DNA of 64,000 bases from Candidatus Poseidonia alphae. GTDB taxonomy: Archaea; Thermoplasmatota; Poseidoniia; Poseidoniales; Poseidoniaceae. The DNA is taken from positions 39,809 through 103,808 of the forward strand of contig DAVD01000012.1 of assembly GCA_002505405.1 (NCBI GenBank), in the 5' to 3' direction. The notes under the pieces are model-generated. The model ran no database searches and was not told the origin of the DNA. It saw only the letters and a program-made list of their open reading frames with translations. Below, piece after piece: positions 29,192 to 39,529 of this stretch; position 1 is the stretch's first letter; each line of letters begins with the position of its first letter. The position numbers and the translations under genes are program-made.

Positions 29192-29834
29192 AGTCCTCAG
29201 CCACCGATTGTTCCAATTCTTCTAGCGAGGCAACGGTTTCCAATGCCCGGAAAACGAAATGTCCGAACCAAACTGCAAAGGTAAGGTTACCCAAAGCGTG
29301 TAAGACATCAAATGGAAGTCCGTGTGCTAGATAAACAGCAAAATCCGAGAGCGTCGTTCCTGTCGTGACGATGGAAAGTGATGCGATGAAATCAAACACA
29401 AAGGCTGAACAAATCGCTGCAACATAGAGGTGTCCTGAACGGAATTTATCAGCGGTTCCGAGGTTCAATTGAGAACCAATAACCGCCACAGCGCCCCACC
29501 CAATGGCTTGGAACAGCGTCCACCAACCATCTCCGATCAAGAGGTTTGATAGCAACGTGACGAGAACTGCAAAGGCAACGCCGCGGCGTGCCCCTAATTG
29601 TGCGCCCACCAGCAGAGCGGCTACTGTTACGGGCTGCACATTCGGAAGCGGTTGTAGAAGGACCCGTAGGGCTGTCACGGCGGCAACAAAGGTGGCGAGA
29701 AGGTAGACATCGTGTCGAGACGTCCGTGGTGCAGTCACAAGAAGTGAAAAAGCGAGAGCCACCAAAAGCACATCAATAACCGTATCCGCAAACGGGGTCA
29801 ATTCGGGCCCGTGAACACCAAAGGCTTGGAACAT
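29175..29834 (-). CDS. Polytopic membrane protein (about 6 TM; possibly transporter substrate-capture component-like)
   Basis: Start taken at the internal ATG (M64 of the ORF) to avoid overlap with the upstream gene. Hydrophobic throughout. Confidence 0.4.
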   Translation of the reverse strand: MFQAFGVHGPELTPFADTVIDVLLVALAFSLLVTAPRTSRHDVYLLATFVAAVTALRVLLQPLPNVQPVTVAALLVGAQLGARRGVAFAVLVTLLSNLLIGDGWWTLFQAIGWGAVAVIGSQLNLGTADKFRSGHLYVAAICSAFVFDFIASLSIVTTGTTLSDFAVYLAHGLPFDVLHALGNLTFAVWFGHFVFRALETVASLEELEQSVAEDYVVEG

Positions 29835-29865
29835 ATTCAACCCGAAAGGGCGTTCCTCCTTGAGC

Positions 29866-31539
29866 CTACCGACGAACAAGGCGCCAATGCAAGACGATGG
29901 AGTCGGAAACGGGCTGACGGTCAGAAGATTGTCCTGCTCGTTCCCCGTTGAGGAAATATTCCCATCCCGAGCCCTCTTCCCCGTTGATGGATACGACGTA
30001 TGAACCAAGTTCTGTGGATTCAACGTCCACCTCCCATGAGATTTCGTTTGCTGCTGCTAGCGTGAGGTCAAGAGCCGTTTCATAACCAACCAACCCGCCT
30101 GCAATCTGCTGTTCACCATCGATTTCAACGATCACCACTTGTGTGCCCTTCCAAGATTCGGGCCACGAATCATTCCAGGTATCTGAATAACCGTTTGAAT
30201 TGTCTTCAGTCAGCGATTCTGACCATTGCGAAGAAAGGTCTGGGGTGATGGCGATTGTCGAAACGAGGAAGACGAGCAGGACGAGCCTCCACGCCCAATC
30301 AATACGGTTGATGGAGGTGGCGTAGGCGCCGATTGAAAGAAGAGAAATGAACAGAACGGCACCTCCAACAGGGACCCAATCGTATGGCTGGGCGTTGGCT
30401 GTGATGGTAAGTTCTTGAACATACATCATGAGGACGCCGGCATCATTTCCCATCACCATTCTGTTTTCACCAAACGATGGAGCGGCTGTCCCGTAACCGT
30501 CATGAGGCGTTGAAAAATTAAACGTGGAGGTGATGTTCCCGCTCTCATTGATGGTTGTAACGGCCCAATTGCCGTCGGGTTGATTCACGGGGTACCAGAG
30601 TGCTTGGTTGCTGTCCCATGCCATTTCCCCGTTGGTTGTCGTCGGGTGCTTTGAAACCAAAGAGCAGTTGCGTTGACAATCAAAAGTTGAGAGAAATAAA
30701 CTGTCTCCAGTTACCACATATCGCCCGTTAGAAACGGGCATTGCCGGTGAAGCTCCGCCTTGATGAACGGTGACGGCTGTGGCTTGTGTCGTATTCAGCA
30801 AATGGACCGTACTCGTTGCTCCTCTCTGGACATGAACAAAAATTCCGGATGGTGTTTGGATTGGAGTATGTCGGATGGAGCCGCCTAAATCAGCAACCAA
30901 CGATGCGTTACCTTCCCGCGAAACTTTCCATATGCTCCCGGATTCATCTCCCTGCCAGAACGCGTCGCTGGTGACCAATATTCCGTTACGCCAGCCGAGT
31001 CCCAATTCCACTTCGAAATCCAGTTCGCCGTTTGAGATGCAGAGGCGCATCATACCGGTTCGAGTCGGGACGACCAAGTGGTCACCATCCAGAGTTATTG
31101 CTCCGGTGATGCCCCAGCCCTGGGTTGTAGATGTACGGTTCCAAATCGAAGTTCCATTGTCTGCTCGTAGAACTTCTACCGTGCCATCTGCCCACCCTAC
31201 AACAACAAGTTCCGGCCAAGCACCACATGCCCCTGACCCGCTAGGAAGAAGGAGAAGTGGACTCATATCGTGTTGAACAGTTGTTGCACTGGTTCGATTC
31301 CACAGCTCTTCGCCATCGGTTGAAAACGCGAAAACTTGCGGCCGCTCTTCTCCGGTCCAAAATCCAGAAGTTCGAACGTAGACGGTGTCATCGTCTATTA
31401 TCGGATGTGTGGTTATGTAACCGTCGGCAAGGTTGACTTCCCATTCCAATTCCCATGATTCTGGTGTCGTTGCCTGAACTGGAAGAAGGAGGCTTAGCGT
31501 TGCGAGGAGAAGGCAGGCCAAGACCGTTCGTTTGACCAT
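29866..31539 (-). CDS. Secreted PQQ-repeat beta-propeller protein with C-terminal TM segment
   Basis: Signal peptide MVKRTVLACLLLATLSLLLPVQA. Repeated Trp-containing blades such as LRADNGTSIWNRTS. C-terminal hydrophobic helices. Confidence 0.55.
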   Translation of the reverse strand: MVKRTVLACLLLATLSLLLPVQATTPESWELEWEVNLADGYITTHPIIDDDTVYVRTSGFWTGEERPQVFAFSTDGEELWNRTSATTVQHDMSPLLLLPSGSGACGAWPELVVVGWADGTVEVLRADNGTSIWNRTSTTQGWGITGAITLDGDHLVVPTRTGMMRLCISNGELDFEVELGLGWRNGILVTSDAFWQGDESGSIWKVSREGNASLVADLGGSIRHTPIQTPSGIFVHVQRGATSTVHLLNTTQATAVTVHQGGASPAMPVSNGRYVVTGDSLFLSTFDCQRNCSLVSKHPTTTNGEMAWDSNQALWYPVNQPDGNWAVTTINESGNITSTFNFSTPHDGYGTAAPSFGENRMVMGNDAGVLMMYVQELTITANAQPYDWVPVGGAVLFISLLSIGAYATSINRIDWAWRLVLLVFLVSTIAITPDLSSQWSESLTEDNSNGYSDTWNDSWPESWKGTQVVIVEIDGEQQIAGGLVGYETALDLTLAAANEISWEVDVESTELGSYVVSINGEEGSGWEYFLNGERAGQSSDRQPVSDSIVLHWRLVRR

Positions 31540-31543
31540 ACGA

Positions 31544-33562
31544 TCACTCCGTGACCGATTGAATCGCTGCGCGCAGCAGGGCACTGACTTCTTTTCCATC
31601 GGCGCCGCCTGCGGCTTGCATGACAATGCCCATGAGCGGGCCCATAGCACCCATGCCGCGTTCTCTGACAAAGTCAAGACGTTCAGCGATGATTTTGTCA
31701 ATCACGTCCGCAAGCCCACTGACATCAGCAGGGGCGAGTTGGTTGGTTTGACAGTACGAACCTAGGGCTTCCATTGATGGGTTTTGCCCGCCATGGATTT
31801 CAATAACGCTCTCAACATGCTCCCGTGAAAGGAGGCCATCTTCCCTCAACTTGAGAACGTTGACCAGAAGAGCGGGGTGTTCTTCGTCATGAACCAATAG
31901 CAAAGAGGCCCATCCCTTTGCCGGTATGCCCTCCATATGATTCCAAAAGACATCATCCAGTTCTCGTGCTAACAGTTGAGATGCCTGATCGTTTGAAATA
32001 TCGAACCCAGAGAGTCGCTCGGCTCGTTCCTTGTCCGACATAGGGAGGTTCTCGAGAATGTTGTCCCAATGTGAGGGCGTGACGGCTTGGGGAGGAACAT
32101 CGGTTTCGGGGTACATTCGGGACCGTCCTGGAAGAGGTCGCATGGGAGCGGTTGTTCCGTCTTCAGGAGACCCTTTCTTGACGACGACATTTCGGACTTC
32201 TTGAGGAATACGATGCCAGGCAAGTCGAGCGCGATTTAACGTTGCTTCCAATGCCAGTTCTGCCTGCCAGAGCGGAGCGCAACACAACACGAATCCATCT
32301 TCTTCATTCAAGTCTAATGATGTACGAACACTGTTAATTTCTTCTTCTGTAATGCCGTAAGCTGGAAGTTCATCAGCGTGGAAAATCCCCTTGACCCCTG
32401 CGAGTTTTGCTGCTCCTGCGAGTTCGCGTCCCAATCGTGGAAGTTGAGCGCCGTTAGGATCGGCTGCTTTGACACCTAATTTCCCTTTGAGGCCTGGAAG
32501 AGGAAGGGCAACCATGCGTGAACCGCTGTTCAAACCTTCTTGAATCATCTTTGAACCGCATGCCGAGAAGGCGTCGGAAACATCGTATGAGATCCATGGG
32601 AGCGCTTCCTCAACCCGCTTGGCCACCTGTTGCTCAACGCCTGCATCGTCTTCTTCCCTGTGCGAAGGAAGACTCGGAAGGTCCATGTTCGCTCTGAGGT
32701 CATTTGCAAGGCGATAGAAGTGGAGTTGACGGGCCATTTCCAATCGAATAATTCGCGGAATCCAATCCAAATCCTGACAACCCTTGATTTCAACTCGATC
32801 ACCTGCGCCGATGGAGACGTTCAGGTCCTGACGAATGCTTCCAAGTCCACGACGAACTCTTCGTGTTTGACGAAGGACTCGCCCAAGAGCGATTGCCGTT
32901 GATTTTGCATGCTCTGGCGTTTGAACTTCGGGAGAGGTTGCAATCTCAATGAGAGGTAGCCCCAAACGGTCAAGATTGTAGAGGACTTGCTGGCCACCTG
33001 GAACATCGATCGTATCCAATTTCCGAGCACTGTCTTCTTCTAAACAAAGGACGTCGACCCCTACGGGCCCCTCCGCAGTTTGCAAAACACCGCCTGTAGC
33101 AATCAGTGAGGTACGTTGAAACCCACTGGTATTGGAACCATCAACAACGGTTTTTCGCATGGTTTGAATCAGTGAAACGGGGTTGGCTTCGATCAAAGCA
33201 GCAACGGTGAGTGAAATATCAACTGCATCAGCGTCAAGGTCCACCGGTGGTTGTTCGTCAAGTTCGATCAAGCCTGAATTGGGTGATTGCGCATAGATGA
33301 ACGAGCGGTTTCGTTTTGCCTCAAAGCGTGCAGCAATGTCAATGGCCCCACCTTCTCCCCGAGATGCCCGTAATTTTCGGGCAAAGCGTGGCCAATCGTC
33401 AGGGACGGTTTCAACGGTCACGTCGTACAGTTCGCCCGTTTGGCGTGAGTGAAGTTTTCCCGTTGCTAATTGTTGATGCACTTCCAATCCGCACATGAAG
33501 CCGATTTGGACAGGGTCCAACAGGTCGGAGCGGTCAACATCGCCTTCGGGTTCACCGGCCAT
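31544..33562 (-). CDS. gatE: Glutamyl-tRNA(Gln) amidotransferase subunit E
   Basis: N-terminal GLEVHQQL, a GatB-like core and a C-terminal YqeY-like domain. Confidence 0.85.
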   Translation of the reverse strand: MAGEPEGDVDRSDLLDPVQIGFMCGLEVHQQLATGKLHSRQTGELYDVTVETVPDDWPRFARKLRASRGEGGAIDIAARFEAKRNRSFIYAQSPNSGLIELDEQPPVDLDADAVDISLTVAALIEANPVSLIQTMRKTVVDGSNTSGFQRTSLIATGGVLQTAEGPVGVDVLCLEEDSARKLDTIDVPGGQQVLYNLDRLGLPLIEIATSPEVQTPEHAKSTAIALGRVLRQTRRVRRGLGSIRQDLNVSIGAGDRVEIKGCQDLDWIPRIIRLEMARQLHFYRLANDLRANMDLPSLPSHREEDDAGVEQQVAKRVEEALPWISYDVSDAFSACGSKMIQEGLNSGSRMVALPLPGLKGKLGVKAADPNGAQLPRLGRELAGAAKLAGVKGIFHADELPAYGITEEEINSVRTSLDLNEEDGFVLCCAPLWQAELALEATLNRARLAWHRIPQEVRNVVVKKGSPEDGTTAPMRPLPGRSRMYPETDVPPQAVTPSHWDNILENLPMSDKERAERLSGFDISNDQASQLLARELDDVFWNHMEGIPAKGWASLLLVHDEEHPALLVNVLKLREDGLLSREHVESVIEIHGGQNPSMEALGSYCQTNQLAPADVSGLADVIDKIIAERLDFVRERGMGAMGPLMGIVMQAAGGADGKEVSALLRAAIQSVTE

Positions 33563-33609
33563 GAACCTGCGACGGGCTCACCCTTCATGAGCACCACCCT
33601 CAATCGGAA

Positions 33610-35826
33610 TCAAACCACTTGCAGGGTCTCGTAGCCGGACGGGCGCATCATTCGGCCTTCACGGCACAGTTTGTCGATGATGTCCTCAGCCTTCCCGCGG
33701 TTGATGTCGTTACGTTCAGCCTCAGTCAATACATCAAGCAAATTAGCAGAACTTCCTGATTCATTCTGAAGGGTTGAGACAATGTCCAGAATGGTTTTCT
33801 CCTGATTTCGGACCGTCCCCTTCTTGCCAGATTGCATGGTCGTTTCATCGAAATGTTCGCCCATCAAATCGTGGCGCCAAGTCTTGGTGAGGCGAATGGC
33901 TCGCTCTGCATCCTCCAGATTCGCATCTTGTGAAAGCCGGATTCGGGCACTCGCTTCTGATAGGCGTGAAAGTGCTTCAAGAGAACGGGCGGTAATGGCG
34001 ACGCTGTCGGTGGATTCTCCTCCGGTTTTTCTGGTTTCAACATAATAGGCAACAATGGCTTCTTGTGCGTCTTCTGTGAGTTTGGGGTGGATGTTTCTCT
34101 TGGAGTAGGCCACGTACTTGCGTAGAATTTCTCTCGACAAGATGTCGTAATCTTCATTTTTCTTCTTGCTGACTTTTTGTGTCAAGGCTGTTGGTCGCGA
34201 TGGGTCGGGTAGCGAACCTTCGTTGACCAACAATTCGCTGCTACCTTGCATCCGGTTCGCGATGATGTGCCTGGCAATCTTCTGGTCATTGTCCCCGTCT
34301 GGTGTATCGGTGATGAGCCAAATGATGTCAAAACGAGAAACCAAGGGCGGTGCAAGGTCGATCTGAGCAGTGAACGGGAGGTCGCTCACCGGTTCAAATC
34401 GGCCTGCCTTCGGGTTTGCAGCGGCAAGAACCGCACATCGTGTTCTGAGGCTTGCATTGATCCCTGCTTTAGAAATTGAAATCCGTTGCTGTTCCATGGC
34501 TTCGTGCATGCTGGAACGATCGGCGCTGTTCATTTTGTCAAATTCGTCTATCGCTGCGAGGCCAAGGTCGGCCAGGACCAGCGCACCGGCTTCAAGCGTC
34601 CAGCGGCCATCTGCAGTGGCGTCTTGAACCGCAGCAGCTGTCAAACCTGCTGCTGAGGCTGATTGCCCAGAAGTGAACCTTCCACGAGGAGAAATCGACG
34701 CCATGTAGTTGAGAAGTTGTGACTTTGCAACACCGGGGTCGCCCATGAGCAGGATGTGAATATCGCCCCGGTTTCGTGTTCCGTCGGAATTCAACTGTGC
34801 AACACCACCAAACAACTGCAGCATCAGGGATCTCTTGATATGGGTCATGCCAAAAATCGACGGTGCAATGCTTCGTGTAAGTAAATCGTAAACGTCAGCC
34901 TTCCGAGCAATGCTTCGTATTTCCAATTCTTCTTCCTCAGAAATGATGATTTCTTCCAACGGAATGTTTTGCCGCTCAAGAGAGTGGATGCGGAGGAATA
35001 TATCGAAGACTGGAGTGTCTTTTCCTCCTTTTCGTTGAGAACGGATGAACAGGACTCCGTTCGCCTTGACTCGGTCGCCAGGGTTGAGTTTGCCTGCTAA
35101 ATCTTGCTCACCAATGCAGATGATGCGTTCGGGCTGGATACCGCCTTTCATTTGCTCAGGTAATTCTTGTAATTCAATAAATTGGGAGTTGATGAGGTGG
35201 GATGCTTGTTGTTGTAACTGAAATCGTGTTTGTCGTTTTGGACGACCGCAGCCACCGTCTATTTGGGAACATTCGAGCGGTTCGATCAATTCTTGCTCGT
35301 TTGGTTGATTGATTTCAATCGTATGCCCGCAGGCAATGCATTCGAACACAGCAGAATACAACCGAGGACGAACTCCTGAGATTTTGGTCGTTACAGCATC
35401 AAGGGCAACCATTTGGCCAATATCATCCGCCCGCAATTGAGATACGGTACGAATTTGGTCGCTTGGGAGGTGTTCAATTCGCACAAACGGTAGAATTGTT
35501 CCGTGTCCTGCATCCAATAAAAATTGATGAAGGGCTCGATTTGCAGCTGAAAAGTGAAGGTCTGGATTAGCAAGTAAATCTTGAGCAAACTCGTGATCAT
35601 ATCCTTCTATGACACGATAGGATATCGTCATTGATTGCTCATCTGGCCACATGTGTGCAAGATTATGTACGGCCTCAGAGAAGTTGTCCTGAATCAATGA
35701 AGTCCAACGAGCGGGCAAATCGAATTCTTGTATTGAGACCATCTCTTTCCCGCCCGTAGATATCCTACTCGGTTGCCTAGGGTACATAATGAATTCCCAA
35801 AAGGAACACCACCCCTTGGTTTCCAC
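33610..35826 (-). CDS. mcm: MCM replicative helicase (start may be internal ATG ~35742)
   Basis: C4 zinc finger CIACG...CSQIDGGCG, Walker A MGDPGVAKSQ, Walker B IDEFDKM, Arg-finger SRFDIIW. No intein. Confidence 0.85.
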   Translation of the reverse strand: METKGWCSFWEFIMYPRQPSRISTGGKEMVSIQEFDLPARWTSLIQDNFSEAVHNLAHMWPDEQSMTISYRVIEGYDHEFAQDLLANPDLHFSAANRALHQFLLDAGHGTILPFVRIEHLPSDQIRTVSQLRADDIGQMVALDAVTTKISGVRPRLYSAVFECIACGHTIEINQPNEQELIEPLECSQIDGGCGRPKRQTRFQLQQQASHLINSQFIELQELPEQMKGGIQPERIICIGEQDLAGKLNPGDRVKANGVLFIRSQRKGGKDTPVFDIFLRIHSLERQNIPLEEIIISEEEELEIRSIARKADVYDLLTRSIAPSIFGMTHIKRSLMLQLFGGVAQLNSDGTRNRGDIHILLMGDPGVAKSQLLNYMASISPRGRFTSGQSASAAGLTAAAVQDATADGRWTLEAGALVLADLGLAAIDEFDKMNSADRSSMHEAMEQQRISISKAGINASLRTRCAVLAAANPKAGRFEPVSDLPFTAQIDLAPPLVSRFDIIWLITDTPDGDNDQKIARHIIANRMQGSSELLVNEGSLPDPSRPTALTQKVSKKKNEDYDILSREILRKYVAYSKRNIHPKLTEDAQEAIVAYYVETRKTGGESTDSVAITARSLEALSRLSEASARIRLSQDANLEDAERAIRLTKTWRHDLMGEHFDETTMQSGKKGTVRNQEKTILDIVSTLQNESGSSANLLDVLTEAERNDINRGKAEDIIDKLCREGRMMRPSGYETLQVV

Positions 35827-35934
35827 TGGAGAACATGCGTTTTGCTGGCCCCTTTTTGCAACCTTGTGATGTGTCCATTGGAACCAAGCCAGAACCGCAG
35901 GACAGATGAATCACCGCTCCTTACCCTTGCCATG

Positions 35935-36957
35935 CCTGAGCACCAATTCACTCCCGTTCGTGGCCGTATTGACCGCTGGTCGTTTGATTCCGAACTCATT
36001 GCGAATCGTTTGGGCGACCCTACTGAACGGGAAATTATGGTACACCTTACCCCCGAAGGAATTCAACAACTTGAGGCGGGGGGGGCGCTACCTGTTGTCG
36101 TTTACCTTGCACCGTTCACATCAAGTGGCCCGCAACGTGCAGGTTGGAAGGCGTTCGGAGAGACCCTGCCTCAACGGCATGAACGGTTGGTAGCTGATGG
36201 GTCCATGGACCCCGTGATTTTGGTCATGCCCGACACATTCACGTCCTTGGGAGGCAACCAATTCGTCGACTCCCCTGTTCTTGGAAACTGGTCTTCGTGG
36301 TTGGCCGATGGGCTGCGGCCCGAGATTGTAAGCAGATACTCCACTAACGAACAATTCGGACTTGTTGGAAAATCGTCTGGAGGATACGGATCGATGGTCA
36401 ACGGCATGCTTCGGCCCGATGCTTGGTCTGCTGTTGCTTCGCATTCTGGCGACGTGGGATTTGAGTTGATGTACGGGGGCTCTTGGGGGGAAACCGTCAC
36501 CCACATTGCGCCTGACGGGTCGGCTGAAGCCTATCTTGCTCGTCTGGCAAATGCGCCGTCAATGCGTTCCTCTGATTTTCATACGATGATGATGTGTGCA
36601 CTTGCCGCATCCTACGACCCGCGCCCCATCGGTGGGTTGCTTAACTTGGGCGTGAAGTTGCCCGTTGACCTTTCCACCTGCATCGTTGATGCTGAAGCTT
36701 GGGGGCGATGGATGGCTTTTGACCCGCTTTCAATGGTTGAACACCATCACGAAGCCTTGGCTGGAATGAAATTGTGCTTTGTCGATTGTGGGGGGCAAGA
36801 CCAGTACCACATCCACTACGGTACTCGGCGGTTTGTCGCTCGACTTGACGCTCTTTCAGTCCCCCATCGGTACGAAGAATTTGTTGGGACGCACAGTGGA
36901 ATTGACCATCGCCTTGACGTTTCGTTTCCTCTTCTTTCAAAAGCACTGCGAAAATGA
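35935..36957 (+). CDS. Putative esterase (esterase-D/enterochelin-esterase-like alpha/beta hydrolase)
   Basis: GKSSGGYGS nucleophile motif and VVVYLAPF. Start at the internal ATG (MPEHQF), clear of the MCM start. Confidence 0.6.
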   Translation, partial: PEHQFTPVRGRIDRWSFDSELIANRLGDPTEREIMVHLTPEGIQQLEAGGALPVVVYLAPFTSSGPQRAGWKAFGETLPQRHERLVADGSMDPVILVMPDTFTSLGGNQFVDSPVLGNWSSWLADGLRPEIVSRYSTNEQFGLVGKSSGGYGSMVNGMLRPDAWSAVASHSGDVGFELMYGGSWGETVTHIAPDGSAEAYLARLANAPSMRSSDFHTMMMCALAASYDPRPIGGLLNLGVKLPVDLSTCIVDAEAWGRWMAFDPLSMVEHHHEALAGMKLCFVDCGGQDQYHIHYGTRRFVARLDALSVPHRYEEFVGTHSGIDHRLDVSFPLLSKALRK

Positions 36958-37008
36958 AGCAAGAAAATCAAGCGGTTTCTTCTTGAGGCGCCGACTTGTG
37001 GTCGCGCT

Positions 37009-38121
37009 ATGGACGAGCCCATGGACTACGCAAGTGCTGGGGTTGATATTGACCTTGAAGGCTCTGCAGTCGCATCCCTCATCGGAGCCCTAAGCAAGAG
37101 CGTTCGCAAACCCGGGACCCCTGGCGCGCCTGTCGACCTCCCCGGCGGATTTGGTGGACTCATTGAGTTTGGAGATAATTTGTTGGCAATGGCTACCGAT
37201 GGAGTCGGGAGTAAATTGCAAATCGCAACCATGCTCGAACAATGGTCTGGAGTAGGCATTGACTGCATGGCAATGAACGTGAATGACCTGTTGTGCGTGG
37301 GAGCCGAACCGATCGCCTTCGTTGACTATGTTGCTGTTCCAAAACCAGACCCGGCCATTCATGCGGCTTTGGGTGCATCGCTTGCAGAAGCGTGCCGGCA
37401 AGCAAGAGTGACCTTAGCGGGTGGAGAAACTGCATCACTGCCGGGTATTGTCACTGAATTGGACATGTCTGGAACCGCTCTTGGATGGCTGCCGAAAGGA
37501 CAAGCCATCACTGGAGAACATCTGAAAGAGGGTGACGTGTTGATCGGCCTACCTGCGTCAGGGATTCACTCAAACGGTTACTCATTGGTTCGTCGAATCG
37601 TTGAGCATGCTGGAATTGACTATCGCTCCCCTGCCCCTTTTGACAGCAACCACCCCAACAGGACATTCATCCGTTGGACTGAGGGTGAACCAACCATGGG
37701 CGAAGTTGTTCTGAACCCCACAAGAATTTACTGCGACCCTGTCGTTGATTTACTCTCAGAAGCACGAAACGGGTCATCCTTTTCAATTTCTGATATCCAT
37801 GGTATCTGCCATGTAACTGGCGGTGGACTCTCGAATCTTCTTCGCCTTCACGACACACTTGGATGGTCCATTGATGCTCCTCTTCCCGTACTGCCAGAAT
37901 TCAAGTGGTTGCAAGAAGCCGGAGGGGTAGAAACCCGAGAGATGTACCGTACATTCAATATGGGAATGGGAATGGTCATTGCAGTTGACAAAGCCCACGC
38001 TCAAAGCATCACTGAATGGATTTCTCACCGCCTTCCTGGAACAGCAATTGTCGGTTCGGTAACCAATGACGGCCATGTTGTTACTCACGCCATCGAAGGC
38101 GTTGAATTCTCGCATTATTGA
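37009..38121 (+). CDS. purM: Phosphoribosylformylglycinamidine cyclo-ligase (AIR synthetase)
   Basis: YASAGVDID, GGFGGL, ATDGVGSKL and GIDCMAMNVNDL match the PurM signature order. Confidence 0.85.
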   Translation: MDEPMDYASAGVDIDLEGSAVASLIGALSKSVRKPGTPGAPVDLPGGFGGLIEFGDNLLAMATDGVGSKLQIATMLEQWSGVGIDCMAMNVNDLLCVGAEPIAFVDYVAVPKPDPAIHAALGASLAEACRQARVTLAGGETASLPGIVTELDMSGTALGWLPKGQAITGEHLKEGDVLIGLPASGIHSNGYSLVRRIVEHAGIDYRSPAPFDSNHPNRTFIRWTEGEPTMGEVVLNPTRIYCDPVVDLLSEARNGSSFSISDIHGICHVTGGGLSNLLRLHDTLGWSIDAPLPVLPEFKWLQEAGGVETREMYRTFNMGMGMVIAVDKAHAQSITEWISHRLPGTAIVGSVTNDGHVVTHAIEGVEFSHY

Positions 38122-38169
38122 TTTGGCTCGCGTCGGTGCGGTCTTGAGGGAGAGGTTCTTCCCCGATTT

Positions 38170-39513
38170 ATGACCGGAGAACCTGAAGGGGCGAAATCTC
38201 CCGGTCACCTTTGGCTTGAGGGGAGGACGCTGGTCCATCTGCGTGAAGACCAAGAGCGCCCAACACACATGCCGAGAGGACCTGCAAAGCGCACGGGGCC
38301 TGGTTTTCTCAACCCTGCAATGGCTCCGGCCCGAACACGCTCGGTGATGCTGCTTGCAGATGCGTTGGAACACGATTGGTTGGTCAAGCCCGGTCACGAT
38401 CTTCGCGCTCTTGATGCCCTCTGTGCAACAGGAGTGCGTGTTCGACGGTGGCGAAATGAACTTCCTGATGAAATCCAACCCCGCCTTCGTATTGCAGCAA
38501 ACGATCTTGACGCCTTCGCTCTTGATTGGTTAAAGCGCTCCCATGGTGCGTTCCCTCCAAAAATTACCGTAGGTCACGCTCTTGAAGACGACCGATATGA
38601 GCGGATACCTGAAGGAACCATGGAAAACGGAATTTTTGTCATGCAAAACGACGCCCGTATTGCCTTGATGGAAGCAGCCTACCAGTGGGTTGACCTCGAC
38701 CCCTTCGGCTCTCCTGTGAATTTCCTGGATTCGGCCATCCAAGGACTTGCAAGAATCGGCTTCCTCGAGGTGACGGCCACCGATACCGCTGCGCTAACGG
38801 GCTCAAGCGCTTCGTCACAACAGCGCCGTTACGGTGCAAAGGGAATCGTTGATACCTATGCGCATGACGATGGAGTGCGCGTTCTCCTCGGCCTCGTAGC
38901 AACTACCGCTGCTCGTCATGACCGATTCATTGAACCCGTTTTAGCACTCTTTGATGGCCACCATGTTCGTGTAAGCGTCAAGGTGCGACGAAGTAAGGAA
39001 CGGGCATCCGATGTCATGGACATGATGGGTTGGCGCATTCGTGAACCTCATGGCGGTTATCGGTTTGTTCAGCATCCAACTCCCGAAGAGGTCGAGCGGG
39101 GAAGCGGCCCAATGTGGGTCGGCCCTCTTTGGAGCAAAGACATCGCTGGTAGAATGACCGAAGAGCGTGCCCTTGCCCTATGCTCGCCGTCGTTGGACGA
39201 AGTTGAACGAGCAAGAACTTCAGGTTTGGAGTGGGACGACGCAGACCAAGAATACTCCCAGCGGGAATTGCGACGAAGTGTTCGTTACATTGCCGACGCT
39301 GCAGATCTGATGAGTCGGGACCACTTGTTGTTGCATATTGACGACCTTCCTAATATGGCGGGTGTGACGCATGCTCCAAAGTTGGAAGTCCTGTTTTCTT
39401 CCCTCAGAGAGCACGGACATTGTGCGGCTCGAGTTCCAGATATCGACCCGTTCTTTGTCACTGATGCTCCACTTGAGGCGGTTCTTGAGCGGGTGCGCTC
39501 GCTGGTTGGATAA
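38170..39513 (+). CDS. trm1: tRNA (guanine26-N2)-dimethyltransferase
   Basis: VDLDPFGSPVNFLDSA is the Trm1 hallmark motif. Confidence 0.75.
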   Translation: MTGEPEGAKSPGHLWLEGRTLVHLREDQERPTHMPRGPAKRTGPGFLNPAMAPARTRSVMLLADALEHDWLVKPGHDLRALDALCATGVRVRRWRNELPDEIQPRLRIAANDLDAFALDWLKRSHGAFPPKITVGHALEDDRYERIPEGTMENGIFVMQNDARIALMEAAYQWVDLDPFGSPVNFLDSAIQGLARIGFLEVTATDTAALTGSSASSQQRRYGAKGIVDTYAHDDGVRVLLGLVATTAARHDRFIEPVLALFDGHHVRVSVKVRRSKERASDVMDMMGWRIREPHGGYRFVQHPTPEEVERGSGPMWVGPLWSKDIAGRMTEERALALCSPSLDEVERARTSGLEWDDADQEYSQRELRRSVRYIADAADLMSRDHLLLHIDDLPNMAGVTHAPKLEVLFSSLREHGHCAARVPDIDPFFVTDAPLEAVLERVRSLVG

Positions 39514-39529
39514 CGCCGACGGGAACCTT

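Noticed and set aside
33610-35826. Intein in MCM
   Set aside because: At 738 aa, with contiguous Walker A, Walker B and Arg-finger motifs, the gene has no insertion.
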